From an uncultured Bacteroidota bacterium (GTDB lineage Bacteria > Bacteroidota > Bacteroidia > Chitinophagales > Chitinophagaceae), in contig CAIOIZ010000049.1 in the NCBI GenBank assembly GCA_903858475.1, positions 1,238 to 65,237 of the forward strand: 64,000 bases of DNA, written 5' to 3'. The notes below the pieces were generated by a model. The model was not told the origin of the DNA. It did no database searches and worked only from the letters and a program-made list of their open reading frames with translations. Position numbers and translations under genes: made by a program. Shown piece after piece: positions 28,221-37,512 of the stretch; the first letter of the stretch is position 1, and the number at the start of each line of letters is the position of its first letter.

Positions 28221-28961
28221 TTAAAATCGAGTAGCTAGGTACTTCGGCAGCATGGCTTTCCAGGTAGGCCAATCGTGTTTCCATTCCGGACCCCAGGTAT
28301 CCAGTTCGTAATTGATGCCTTTGTTGTATAGTATGGAAGCAATTGTTCCCGCAGCGTAGGGGGCTTCGTATTCGCCACTACCGGTGAGGATATGAATATG
28401 TTGGCTCTGTCTTATTTGCTCCAGTATATGGTGATCTGTTAAATTGGGCATGTAATGCATGGGTGAATTGAAATATACTTCTTCGTCAAAATAACCCTTT
28501 GTATATTCTGTTAAATCATACACACCACTCATGGCAATAACGCCGTTGATTAAATCGGGGCGTTTTAAAAATAGATTCATACTGTGCAATGCACCAAAGG
28601 AAGCGCCGCAGGTAATAATGGGAGTATCTACCGAGGTGGCATTTTTAATAAAAGGCACTACTTCATTGTATATATAATTATTGAACTGATTGTGGCGAAT
28701 GGCTTTATGCGCACCTTCCATTTCATTGTTCAGCCAGCTTTCTTTATTGATACTATTCACCGAGAATACTTTCACTTTTCCACTATCAACAAAGGGAGCC
28801 AAGACATCCATTAATTGAAAGCGTTCATATTCCAGGTAATCAGCGGCGGCAGTGGGCACTAGTAAAAGGGCGAAGCCATAATCGCCATAGGTAGCAATGG
28901 GCATCTCTTTTTGAAGTGAGGGGCTAAACCAGGAGGAAAGTTCTCTTTTCATAATCTGCAT
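28221..28961 (-). CDS. Putative esterase (alpha/beta hydrolase)
   Basis: GASFG nucleophile elbow, SGVYD, HDWPTW. Confidence 0.85.
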   Translation of the reverse strand: MQIMKRELSSWFSPSLQKEMPIATYGDYGFALLLVPTAAADYLEYERFQLMDVLAPFVDSGKVKVFSVNSINKESWLNNEMEGAHKAIRHNQFNNYIYNEVVPFIKNATSVDTPIITCGASFGALHSMNLFLKRPDLINGVIAMSGVYDLTEYTKGYFDEEVYFNSPMHYMPNLTDHHILEQIRQSQHIHILTGSGEYEAPYAAGTIASILYNKGINYELDTWGPEWKHDWPTWKAMLPKYLATRF

Positions 28962-29044
28962 TTATTACACAAAGATGCATAAAGGCAAGGAAGCTACAAA
29001 GAGAAAAACCTTGCAGGCAGGGAGAAGTAAATGATAATAGGTAT

Positions 29045-29788
29045 TTATTCTAGTACGCCTTCCTTTATTTCTATCCAAAGTTCGCGGTAGCAATTGGCCG
29101 CATAACTACTATTGGCAAATTCCATAATGGGGGCTCGGTGTGTACCCATTTTTTCTACATCGCTTAAGTAAGGAATATAATTTTGGAAGAAGCGTTTGTC
29201 TTTATATAGCTCATTCATGATTTCGTGGTGCATATTCTTGCGCAAATCGGTCATGGTAAAGAAGCACATCATCTTGCTCATGTCCACCTCTTTCTCTTTG
29301 AAATAATCTTTTACCATGTGATAGGTGCGAATAGAGAGTGTAGTTGGGATTACGGGCATTAGCACAATATCAGCCGCTTGAAAAATATTCTCACTGAGGG
29401 CACTAAAGCCGGGAGGGCAGTCAATAAATACAAAATCATATTCACCTACCAATTGTTTTAATACAGATTTAAGCCTGTTTTTATTTCCTTTCATTTCTTC
29501 TAGCATCACATCAAAGCTTTTGCTGCTATTGTCGGCAGGAATTACATCTAGTAGTTCAAAATCTGTGCTGAGGATGGCATTTTCCAAATCGGCATCCTTG
29601 GTTATCAATTTTTTGATACCGGGGTGCGTTTTGGGTTTGGCTTTATAGTAAAAAGAAGAAGATCCTTGTGGGTCAATATCCCATAACAATGTTTTAAATC
29701 CATCGGCTGCGGCCAGATAAGCAAAATTGACACAGCTGGCAGTTTTGCCTACTCCTCCTTTGAGGTTGTACAATGCAATCGTAGTCAT
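29045..29788 (-). CDS. ParA/MinD-family ATPase with no parB nearby
   Basis: Deviant Walker A KGGVGKT, DIDPQG, Walker B IDCPP. Confidence 0.92.
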   Translation of the reverse strand: MTTIALYNLKGGVGKTASCVNFAYLAAADGFKTLLWDIDPQGSSSFYYKAKPKTHPGIKKLITKDADLENAILSTDFELLDVIPADNSSKSFDVMLEEMKGNKNRLKSVLKQLVGEYDFVFIDCPPGFSALSENIFQAADIVLMPVIPTTLSIRTYHMVKDYFKEKEVDMSKMMCFFTMTDLRKNMHHEIMNELYKDKRFFQNYIPYLSDVEKMGTHRAPIMEFANSSYAANCYRELWIEIKEGVLE

Positions 29789-29955
29789 ACGCGGTAATCT
29801 TTTAAAATGGACAGGTAAGATAATGATTTTTCGTTTATTTAAACCTGCAAAAATTCATTAAAAGCCAATGGCATTACAGCAGACAATCATTTGCGATGCT
29901 GCTGTCTACTTAATTGTCGGCGAGCTGTTGGATAACAATTATGGATAAACGAAAT

Positions 29956-30204
29956 TTAAGCTGCTCCCAAGCGGGTGATTTCTACACCGTTGAAGATTCT
30001 GGCGAGGCTGGTATCTTTAGAGGTTTGATATTCTTTTACTTTTGAATCGCTTACAATACGCCACAAATTTTTTGTTTTCAATTCGGTGTAATCAGCAGTT
30101 TTGATGAATACTCCTTTGATTGTCCCTCTGGTTTTAAAGAATATGTTTACCAGTGATTTATCTAGATGTGAGTCTATAAATTTTTCAATTTGTTCGTTTG
30201 TCAT
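29956..30204 (-). CDS. Small hypothetical protein
   Basis: 82 aa from ATG 30204 with protein-like composition; function unknown. Confidence 0.7.
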   Translation of the reverse strand: MTNEQIEKFIDSHLDKSLVNIFFKTRGTIKGVFIKTADYTELKTKNLWRIVSDSKVKEYQTSKDTSLARIFNGVEITRLGAA

Positions 30205-30393
30205 GTTAAATGATTTATAAATAATAGTAAGCCAAGTTGCAACCAGTCTGAGCCGTTGTTGCATTTGTTTGATTCAGTTGAAAGATAGAGAGAGTAAATA
30301 AATAAGTAGAAGATTACTAACGATAGGTTTCAACCCCAGGGCCGCAAGATACGTTTTTTTACTGAGAAGCTAGGTCGATAGGGTAATAGGCCC

Positions 30394-32433
30394 CTATCCT
30401 GCCTTCATTTCAGCTAGTTTTTTTTCTAAGCGAAACATTTCATCGCGAAGTCTTGCGGCTTCCATAAAATCCAAATCTTTCGAGGCTTTTGTCATAGATT
30501 TTTTAACCATTGCAATTTTCTTTTGTATACCAGGTATCGTCATGTATTCTTCCTGTTCCTCTGCTGCGGGTACTATGTTTTCATCGGGTGCAATGCTATA
30601 TGGATTGGCAGGATCATAGCCTCTTACATCCAATACCGATCCCTGTGCAAATATTTGTTCATGACTTTTTTTAATAGTGGTCGGTATTATATTATTGGCT
30701 GTATTATGCTCAATTTGTTTTTCTCTTCGGCGATTGGTTTCATCAATGGTTCTTTGCATACTGCCGGTTATTTTATCGGCATAAAAAATAACCATTCCAT
30801 CTACATTTCTGGCAGCCCGCCCTGCCGTTTGTGTAAGGCTTTTTTCATTTCGCAAAAATCCTTCTTTGTCTGCATCTAATATGGCCACCAATGACACTTC
30901 TGGCAAATCAAGTCCTTCTCTTAATAGGTTTACTCCTACGAGTACATCAATTTTTCCCAATCGGAGTTCCCTTAAAATTTCTACTCTTTCCAATGCATCT
31001 ACTTCGCTGTGTATATATTTACTCTTAATGTCAATGCGCTTTAGGTATTTATCCATTTCCTCCGCCATGCGTTTGGTGAGGGTAGTAACCAATACCCGGT
31101 CGCCCTTGGTCACTCTTTTATCTATTTCATCCAATAAATCATCAATCTGATTAATGGATGGTCTGATTTCGATGGGAGGGTCTAATAATCCAGTGGGACG
31201 GACAACTTGCTCCACTACAATGCCTTCGCATTTATCTAATTCGTAATCTCCCGGTGTGGCAGACACGAAAATAGTTTGAGGTATCAAAGATTCAAATTCA
31301 TTGAAGTTAAGCGGGCGATTGTCTAGTGCAGAAGGCAGTCGGAATCCATAATCAACCAATACCAATTTTCTGCTGCGATCTCCTCCATACATCCCACTTA
31401 CTTGTGGAATGGTTTGATGGCTTTCATCTACAATGCAGATAAAGTCTTTTGGAAAATAGTCGAGCAAACAGAAAGGTCTTGTTCCTGCTTTTCTTCTGTC
31501 AAAAAAGCGCGAATAATTTTCAATGCCACTGCAATAACCCAATTCCCGAATCATTTCCAAATCATAGTTCACTCTTTCACTGATGCGTTGCGCTTCGATG
31601 TATTTATTACTGTCTTTAAAATATTGCGCTTGTGCACCCGCTTCATCTTGAATTTCATGTATTACTTGTTGCAAAACATCCTTGGGGGCCACATATAAAT
31701 TAGCGGGGAAGATGGCGGCATTTTGCACCAAGCCAATTCTTTTGCCACTACTGAGCTCCAATGTTTCAATACTTTCAATTTCATCACCAAAAAAGCTGAT
31801 GCGATAGCCAAAATCTACATAGGGGAGGTTGATGTCAACCGTATCTCCTTTTACCCTAAAACTGCCCCTGGTGAAATCGGTTTCGGTACGGTTATACAAA
31901 CTATTCACCAGTGCATGTAAAAATCCTTGTCGAGAAATAATTTGTCCTTGTTCAATGCGGATGATACCATTTTCGTAGTCAGTGGGATTGCCCATACCAT
32001 AGATACAACTCACAGATGCCACGATGATGATATCTCTTCTTCCACTCAGTAATTGCGCGGTTGCTTGTAAGCGTAACTTGTCAAGTTCTTCATTGATGGA
32101 TAAATCTTTTTCAATGTAAACGCCGCTTACTGGCATATAAGCTTCTGGTTGATAATAGTCGTAGTAACTAACAAAATAGCCTACTGCATTATTCGGAAAA
32201 AACTGCTTGAATTCGCCATAGAGTTGTGCCACCAAGGTTTTATTATGCGTAATCACCAGTGTAGGTCTTTGCACCTGTTGAATTACATTGGCCATGGTAA
32301 AAGTCTTACCACTGCCCGTAACACCCAATAAGGTTTGGTGTCTTTCCCCATTCAATAATCCCTCCGTCAATTGTCGGATGGCTTCTGGTTGATCGCCGGA
32401 GGGAGCATATGGTGCTTGCAGCTGAAAAGGCAT
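30394..32433 (-). CDS. uvrB: Excinuclease ABC subunit B
   Basis: GVTGSGKT, YYDYYQPEAY, DESH, GGDRSRK, NLLREGLDLPEV, C-terminal UVR domain. Confidence 0.99.
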   Translation of the reverse strand: MPFQLQAPYAPSGDQPEAIRQLTEGLLNGERHQTLLGVTGSGKTFTMANVIQQVQRPTLVITHNKTLVAQLYGEFKQFFPNNAVGYFVSYYDYYQPEAYMPVSGVYIEKDLSINEELDKLRLQATAQLLSGRRDIIIVASVSCIYGMGNPTDYENGIIRIEQGQIISRQGFLHALVNSLYNRTETDFTRGSFRVKGDTVDINLPYVDFGYRISFFGDEIESIETLELSSGKRIGLVQNAAIFPANLYVAPKDVLQQVIHEIQDEAGAQAQYFKDSNKYIEAQRISERVNYDLEMIRELGYCSGIENYSRFFDRRKAGTRPFCLLDYFPKDFICIVDESHQTIPQVSGMYGGDRSRKLVLVDYGFRLPSALDNRPLNFNEFESLIPQTIFVSATPGDYELDKCEGIVVEQVVRPTGLLDPPIEIRPSINQIDDLLDEIDKRVTKGDRVLVTTLTKRMAEEMDKYLKRIDIKSKYIHSEVDALERVEILRELRLGKIDVLVGVNLLREGLDLPEVSLVAILDADKEGFLRNEKSLTQTAGRAARNVDGMVIFYADKITGSMQRTIDETNRRREKQIEHNTANNIIPTTIKKSHEQIFAQGSVLDVRGYDPANPYSIAPDENIVPAAEEQEEYMTIPGIQKKIAMVKKSMTKASKDLDFMEAARLRDEMFRLEKKLAEMKAG

Positions 32434-32553
32434 GCGTAAAATTAACTGAAAAGAATCGATGATGGAAGCAAAGGATTGGAACTTTATCAATTATATGGAT
32501 TGATTTCGCATTGCCTACTAAAATGCTAACTTGTATCAATAAAAATCAGCTTT

Positions 32554-32982
32554 ATGAAATGCATGCGATACGGGGCAGCTTTATTAATGGTAGTTGTATT
32601 AAGCTCCTTTAATTTTTTTGATCCCTGGAAAGAGGCACAATTAATGGCACCTGAAACACTGGCCAATATCATCAAGGATGCGCATGCTAGTCCAATACTT
32701 ATTATCAATATTGGTCCTGCGGGCTTGATTAAACAGGCCATAGATATTGGTCCCATGTCTGATGACAGTAATGTTGAAAAATTAAAATCATTACTTGGTA
32801 AAACAAATAAGTCCACCGCCGTTGTTGTTTATTGTGGCTGTTGTCCGTTTAAAAACTGTCCGAATATTCGGCCTGCTTTTGAGTTATTGAAATTGTATAA
32901 ATTCAGTAAGCCCTATTTGCTCAATTTGCCACATAATTTAAAAGTAGATTGGATCGACAAGGGTTTACCGATGAGTAAGTAG
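32554..32982 (+). CDS. Exported rhodanese-like protein with Cys-rich loop
   Basis: Signal peptide, VVVYCGCCPFKNCPN, DWIDKGLP rhodanese-like C-terminus. Confidence 0.7.
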   Translation: MKCMRYGAALLMVVVLSSFNFFDPWKEAQLMAPETLANIIKDAHASPILIINIGPAGLIKQAIDIGPMSDDSNVEKLKSLLGKTNKSTAVVVYCGCCPFKNCPNIRPAFELLKLYKFSKPYLLNLPHNLKVDWIDKGLPMSK

Positions 32983-33127
32983 AGGATTTTTACTATTACA
33001 GTTGGGTAGTAAAACTTTGAAAAAAAATCGGTAGAAAAAATTTCGTAAATTGTAGCACGATAATTCCGAAACTTGTTGTATTCAAGCAATAGGAATTAAC
33101 TGTAAATAAACGATAAAAACGATCGCT

Positions 33128-34231
33128 ATGCCTATTCATGAACCTTCCAATGTTTCATTGGTTGCTGCTGCCGATGATGGTGGCGGTCACAACAAGTCTT
33201 TATTAGAAACTCCTGAAGCTAAATTAGAAAACAAAATCCGACATCTTTGGAATATGGTGGGTAATACCCCGATGCTCGAAATTGCTTATCGTTACCAGGG
33301 TAAATGCAGGAAAATTTATGTGAAATGCGAAAACTATAATTTAACCGGTAGTATCAAGGACCGGATGGCATTGTATATTTTGCAACAAGCTTATCACTTA
33401 GGACAGATTAAAAAAGATAATATTATTGTAGAAGCCACGAGTGGCAATACGGGTATATCATTTAGTGCTATTGGTAGGGCACTCGGTAATGCGGTTAAAA
33501 TTATAATGCCCGATTGGTTGAGTAAGGAAAGGGAAGAAATTATCAAAAGTTTGGGTGCAGAAGTGATATTGGTAAGTAAGGCCGAAGGTGGATTTTTAGG
33601 TAGCATTGCATTGAGTGAAAAAATGGCGGCCGCTAATCCCAATATTTTTCTACCCCGACAATTCGATAATCGCTTTAATGCCGATGCACACAGTAAAACC
33701 ACAGCAAAAGAAATATGGATGCAAATGCAGTCAATTGATATTACTCCTGCCGCTTTTGTAGCAGGGGTTGGCACGGGTGGAACGATTATGGGTGTAGGGG
33801 CTTATTTAAAAGATCGTAACCCAGCAGTAAAAATTCATCCAATAGAACCTTCAGAGTCTCCTACTTTAACTACTGGTTACAAAGTTGGTTCGCATCGAAT
33901 ACAAGGTATTTCAGATGAATTTATTCCTTCTATAGTTGCTTTAGATCAACTCGATGAAATAATACAGGTATCAGATGGCGATTCTATTCTAATGGCGCAG
34001 AAATTATCAAAAGAATTAGGATTGGCAGTAGGTATTTCCTCCGGAGCCAATTTTATTGGAGCTATTCAAGTGCAAAATAAATACAACATAGACAAAGGCG
34101 TAGTGACGGTGTTTTGCGATAGCAATAAAAAATACTTGAGTACCGATCTGATGAAAGTAGAACCTATTAAGGATGGCTATATCAGTCCAGCAGTTGAATT
34201 GCTCGATTACTTAGGAATTGATAGAATATAG
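33128..34231 (+). CDS. PLP-dependent cysteine synthase-family protein
   Basis: [13 protein letters not shown] (PLP Lys), [28 protein letters not shown]. Confidence 0.9.
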   Translation: MPIHEPSNVSLVAAADDGGGHNKSLLETPEAKLENKIRHLWNMVGNTPMLEIAYRYQGKCRKIYVKCENYNLTGSIKDRMALYILQQAYHLGQIKKDNIIVEATSGNTGISFSAIGRALGNAVKIIMPDWLSKEREEIIKSLGAEVILVSKAEGGFLGSIALSEKMAAANPNIFLPRQFDNRFNADAHSKTTAKEIWMQMQSIDITPAAFVAGVGTGGTIMGVGAYLKDRNPAVKIHPIEPSESPTLTTGYKVGSHRIQGISDEFIPSIVALDQLDEIIQVSDGDSILMAQKLSKELGLAVGISSGANFIGAIQVQNKYNIDKGVVTVFCDSNKKYLSTDLMKVEPIKDGYISPAVELLDYLGIDRI

Positions 34232-34335
34232 TTCGAAATTGCTACAGTGTAAATGGGTTTAGTTGTATAGCCGTTTAGCTGACCATCCTTTGGATCGTGT
34301 AGCGAAGGCTGAAACAATTATAGGATACGGCTTTT

Positions 34336-36489
34336 TTATTTTACCAGTTTCATTTCCTTGATTAATCTTTTAGCGCCGCCGAACTTATCAACGATGAATA
34401 ATACATATCTAATATCTACCATGATATTGCGACAGATATTGACATCATAATTGATATCGCTCATCGTACCTTCCCATACCCTGTCAAAATTTAATCCCAC
34501 AAGCTGTCCATAGGCATTGAGTGCGGGGCTTCCGCTATTGCCGCCTGTTGTGTGATTGGCCGCAATAAAACATACGGGCATCTTTCCATTCTGACCATAG
34601 GGTCCGTAGTCCTTATTTTTATATAAGGTTCTTAATTTTTCAGGTACATCAAACTCATAATCCCCCGGAATGTATTTTTCCATTACCCCATCCAGGTAAG
34701 TGTAATAATGATATTGCACACCGTCCTTGGGTTGATAGCCTTTTACCTTACCATAAGTGATGCGCAGGGTGCTGTTGGCGTCTGGATAAAATCTTTTGTC
34801 CTTCATCACTGCCATTTGCGCCTGCATATATAGTCTTTGCAATTTGTTGATGTTATCCTGATAGCCCGCTACTTTTTTAGCAGCCGTATTGACATAATTA
34901 TTCCTTAATAATTTGGCAAATTGAAAAGCTTTGTCGTTGGATAGTAGGGCCAGCAAATCATCATTTGTTTTTTCAAACGCAGCTTTCAATTGATCGATAT
35001 TGGCTAAGAAAGAATTTTCAAATATGCTATGTGCTATAGCCGCCGCATTTTCTTTGTAATTAGCAGCATACCCAAGATCAACTATGTTTTGGTGATAAGC
35101 ATCCTCCGTTTTTGTAAAATATACTTCCAGCAGTCGGGTTAATACCTGTTCATCTACTTTGGCACTATAATCTTTGTAAAAAGCCTTGGCCGCAGCCAGT
35201 AAAGCTTCTTTTTCTTTTTTGATAGGCTCAGTATAACCTGTGGTTAGCATTTTTTCGAGATTCAAATAGCCCAGGGCCTGATTGAGTATTTCGCTGTTCC
35301 CCACCGTTTCGTTGAATGCATCCCGTATATAAAAATAAGGCGCTGCTGCTTCATATAGTGTATTGATATCCGTTAGTATAGTGCCGTATTCGGTTATAAA
35401 GGCTGGATTAGCCTGCAACCTTTTTTGAAACAATTGTTCATATGCTTTCTTTTTTGCCACAGCGCCACTGCTTTGTAAACCCAAGTTTTCACCAATCCAT
35501 TTTTTCCAGGCATTGGCAATGCCTGCATATTTGGCTGAATATTGTAATTTGATGCCAGCATCATTTTGCATAAAGTCTTTTTGGGCTTTTAATACCACCT
35601 CTCTTAATTGTATTTTGATGGGATTATTCAATTCGAGTGTTTGTTGCACTGCAATGGCAGGTAGGTACTCATTGGTTCTACCAGGAAAGCCAAATACCAT
35701 AGTAAAGTCACCTTCTTTTACACCTTTAAGCGATATGCTCAATGATTTTTTAGGTTTGTACGGAACATTGGATGCATTGTAAGGGGCTGGTTTATTATCT
35801 GGTCCTGCATAAATGCGGAAGATAGAAAAATCGCCACCATGACGGGGCCATACCCAATTGTCGGTATCTGCTCCAAAAGCGCCGATACTAGCTGGCGGAG
35901 CGCCTACCAGCCGCACATCCTTATAGGTGACCGTTGCTATCAATACGTACATGCTACCATTGTAAAAAGGACGTATTGTTATATTTTCATAAGTCTCTTT
36001 TTTATAGGTTGATTTCAATTCGGTCAATTTTTTATCAATAGTCGATTGCCTTTCGGGCTCGGTCATTTTATTGGTCACCTCTTTTAAAACCAAAGCAGTT
36101 ACATCTTCCATTCTACTAATAAATGTTACACTAGAGCCCGGACTAGGCAGTTCAGCTGATTGCTGCTGACTCCAAAATCCATTGTTTACATAATTATTTT
36201 CGAGTGTTGATAACCGTTGTATTGCGCCATAACCACAATGGTGATTGGTGAGCACCAACCCCTGTTCTGAAATAATTTCGCCCGTGCACCCCCCGCCAAA
36301 TTGTACAATGGCGTCTTTTAGGCTGCCTTTATTGATGTCATAAATATCTTTGGCAGTTATTTTCATGCCCATGGCCTTCATTTCTTTTTCATTTAATTGC
36401 CCCAATAAATAGGGAAGCCACATGCCCTCATCCGCAAATGATTTAAAAGAAAGGGAAACGAAAAGCAAGAATAATCGTAGGTTTCGCAT
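34336..36489 (-). CDS. S46 dipeptidyl peptidase, DPP11-type
   Basis: DEGMWLP, TNHHCG, TGGNSGSP (catalytic Ser), FDRVWEG (Arg at the S1 position). Confidence 0.92.
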   Translation of the reverse strand: MRNLRLFLLFVSLSFKSFADEGMWLPYLLGQLNEKEMKAMGMKITAKDIYDINKGSLKDAIVQFGGGCTGEIISEQGLVLTNHHCGYGAIQRLSTLENNYVNNGFWSQQQSAELPSPGSSVTFISRMEDVTALVLKEVTNKMTEPERQSTIDKKLTELKSTYKKETYENITIRPFYNGSMYVLIATVTYKDVRLVGAPPASIGAFGADTDNWVWPRHGGDFSIFRIYAGPDNKPAPYNASNVPYKPKKSLSISLKGVKEGDFTMVFGFPGRTNEYLPAIAVQQTLELNNPIKIQLREVVLKAQKDFMQNDAGIKLQYSAKYAGIANAWKKWIGENLGLQSSGAVAKKKAYEQLFQKRLQANPAFITEYGTILTDINTLYEAAAPYFYIRDAFNETVGNSEILNQALGYLNLEKMLTTGYTEPIKKEKEALLAAAKAFYKDYSAKVDEQVLTRLLEVYFTKTEDAYHQNIVDLGYAANYKENAAAIAHSIFENSFLANIDQLKAAFEKTNDDLLALLSNDKAFQFAKLLRNNYVNTAAKKVAGYQDNINKLQRLYMQAQMAVMKDKRFYPDANSTLRITYGKVKGYQPKDGVQYHYYTYLDGVMEKYIPGDYEFDVPEKLRTLYKNKDYGPYGQNGKMPVCFIAANHTTGGNSGSPALNAYGQLVGLNFDRVWEGTMSDINYDVNICRNIMVDIRYVLFIVDKFGGAKRLIKEMKLVK

Positions 36490-36629
36490 GGTTTAAAATT
36501 TTACTGAAGGTAAAAAACAATCGCTAGATTTTGTTTTACTGTCTGCGACCCTTTGATACAATTTTCCACGTAATGTATAGTTAAATTATAAAATTTGTTG
36601 TAGTTTACTCACTCATTCAAAACCTTACT

Positions 36630-36989
36630 ATGAGCCCAGCTGCCAAATCTGTCTGCTATTTCGGATTGTACCTATATCTAGTGGGAATCACTTTGATTGT
36701 GGTGCCTAATTTTTTATTAAGCTGTTTACAGTTGCCTCCCACCAATGAGGTATGGATTCGGGTGGTAGGCGTATTGGTGTTTTGTATCGGTTATTATTAT
36801 CATAAAGCTGGACAAAATAATATAGGGGCCTTCTTTATTCATACCATCCCTACCCGTCTATTTGTTTTTGCAGCATTCATATTTTTTGCCTTGATGCAGT
36901 ATGTCTCCCCTTTGTTAATTATTTTTGGAGCCGTCGATTTCGCAGGTGCCATGTGGACCTTGCTAGCCCTGCGAAAAGAAAATAAATAA
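36630..36989 (+). CDS. Four-TM hypothetical membrane protein
   Basis: Four hydrophobic helices; first gene of a tight three-gene run. Confidence 0.75.
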   Translation: MSPAAKSVCYFGLYLYLVGITLIVVPNFLLSCLQLPPTNEVWIRVVGVLVFCIGYYYHKAGQNNIGAFFIHTIPTRLFVFAAFIFFALMQYVSPLLIIFGAVDFAGAMWTLLALRKENK

Positions 36990-36997
36990 TTCAGTAT

Positions 36998-37498
36998 ATG
37001 GAACTGCAGATTGAATTTGATAAAGCCGTTGCGTTTATTAATAGTATTGGTATTTCGGTTATTTTTCAGCCCATTGAATCAGCCAGTTTTTTACCAGGTT
37101 TGAGTATACACAATGGCAGTATCATGGTGGATAAAACAAAATTGAAATATCCCGGCGATATACTGCACGAAGCTGGTCATATTGCTGTTGTGCCTGCAGC
37201 AGAGCGGGCTACACTCTGTGAAGCAGATATTGCAGTACGAAAGGATCGGGGTGCTGAAGAAATGATGTCTATTGCTTGGAGCTATGCTGCTTGTATACAT
37301 CTTCAATTGGATCCTAGTTTTGTGTTTCATGACCAAGGCTATAAAGGGGGTGGAGGAAGTATTGCAGATAATTTTAGCCAGGGACAATATTTTGGCGTAC
37401 CGATGTTGCAATGGGTGGGATTGGCATTAGAAGAAAAAAGAGCTGCCGAAGAAAATAAACCTGCATATCCTGTGATGTTGCAATGGATACGGGATTAA
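36998..37498 (+). CDS. Hypothetical HExxH metalloprotein
   Basis: PGDILHEAGH followed by EEMMSIAW. Confidence 0.7.
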   Translation: MELQIEFDKAVAFINSIGISVIFQPIESASFLPGLSIHNGSIMVDKTKLKYPGDILHEAGHIAVVPAAERATLCEADIAVRKDRGAEEMMSIAWSYAACIHLQLDPSFVFHDQGYKGGGGSIADNFSQGQYFGVPMLQWVGLALEEKRAAEENKPAYPVMLQWIRD

Positions 37499-37512
37499 TT
37501 TTAATTAAAAAA

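Noticed and set aside
29927-29948. Two DnaA-box-like 9-mers (TTATCCAAC, TTATCCATA, minus strand) near the ParA gene, suggesting an origin
   Set aside because: Only two imperfect boxes, no dnaA/dnaN/gidA context and no clear unwinding repeats.
34278-34316. Hammerhead-like words CTGA..A and GAAAC
   Set aside because: CTGACCA breaks the CUGANGA core and the three-stem geometry does not fit. Kept only as a generic structured-RNA candidate.
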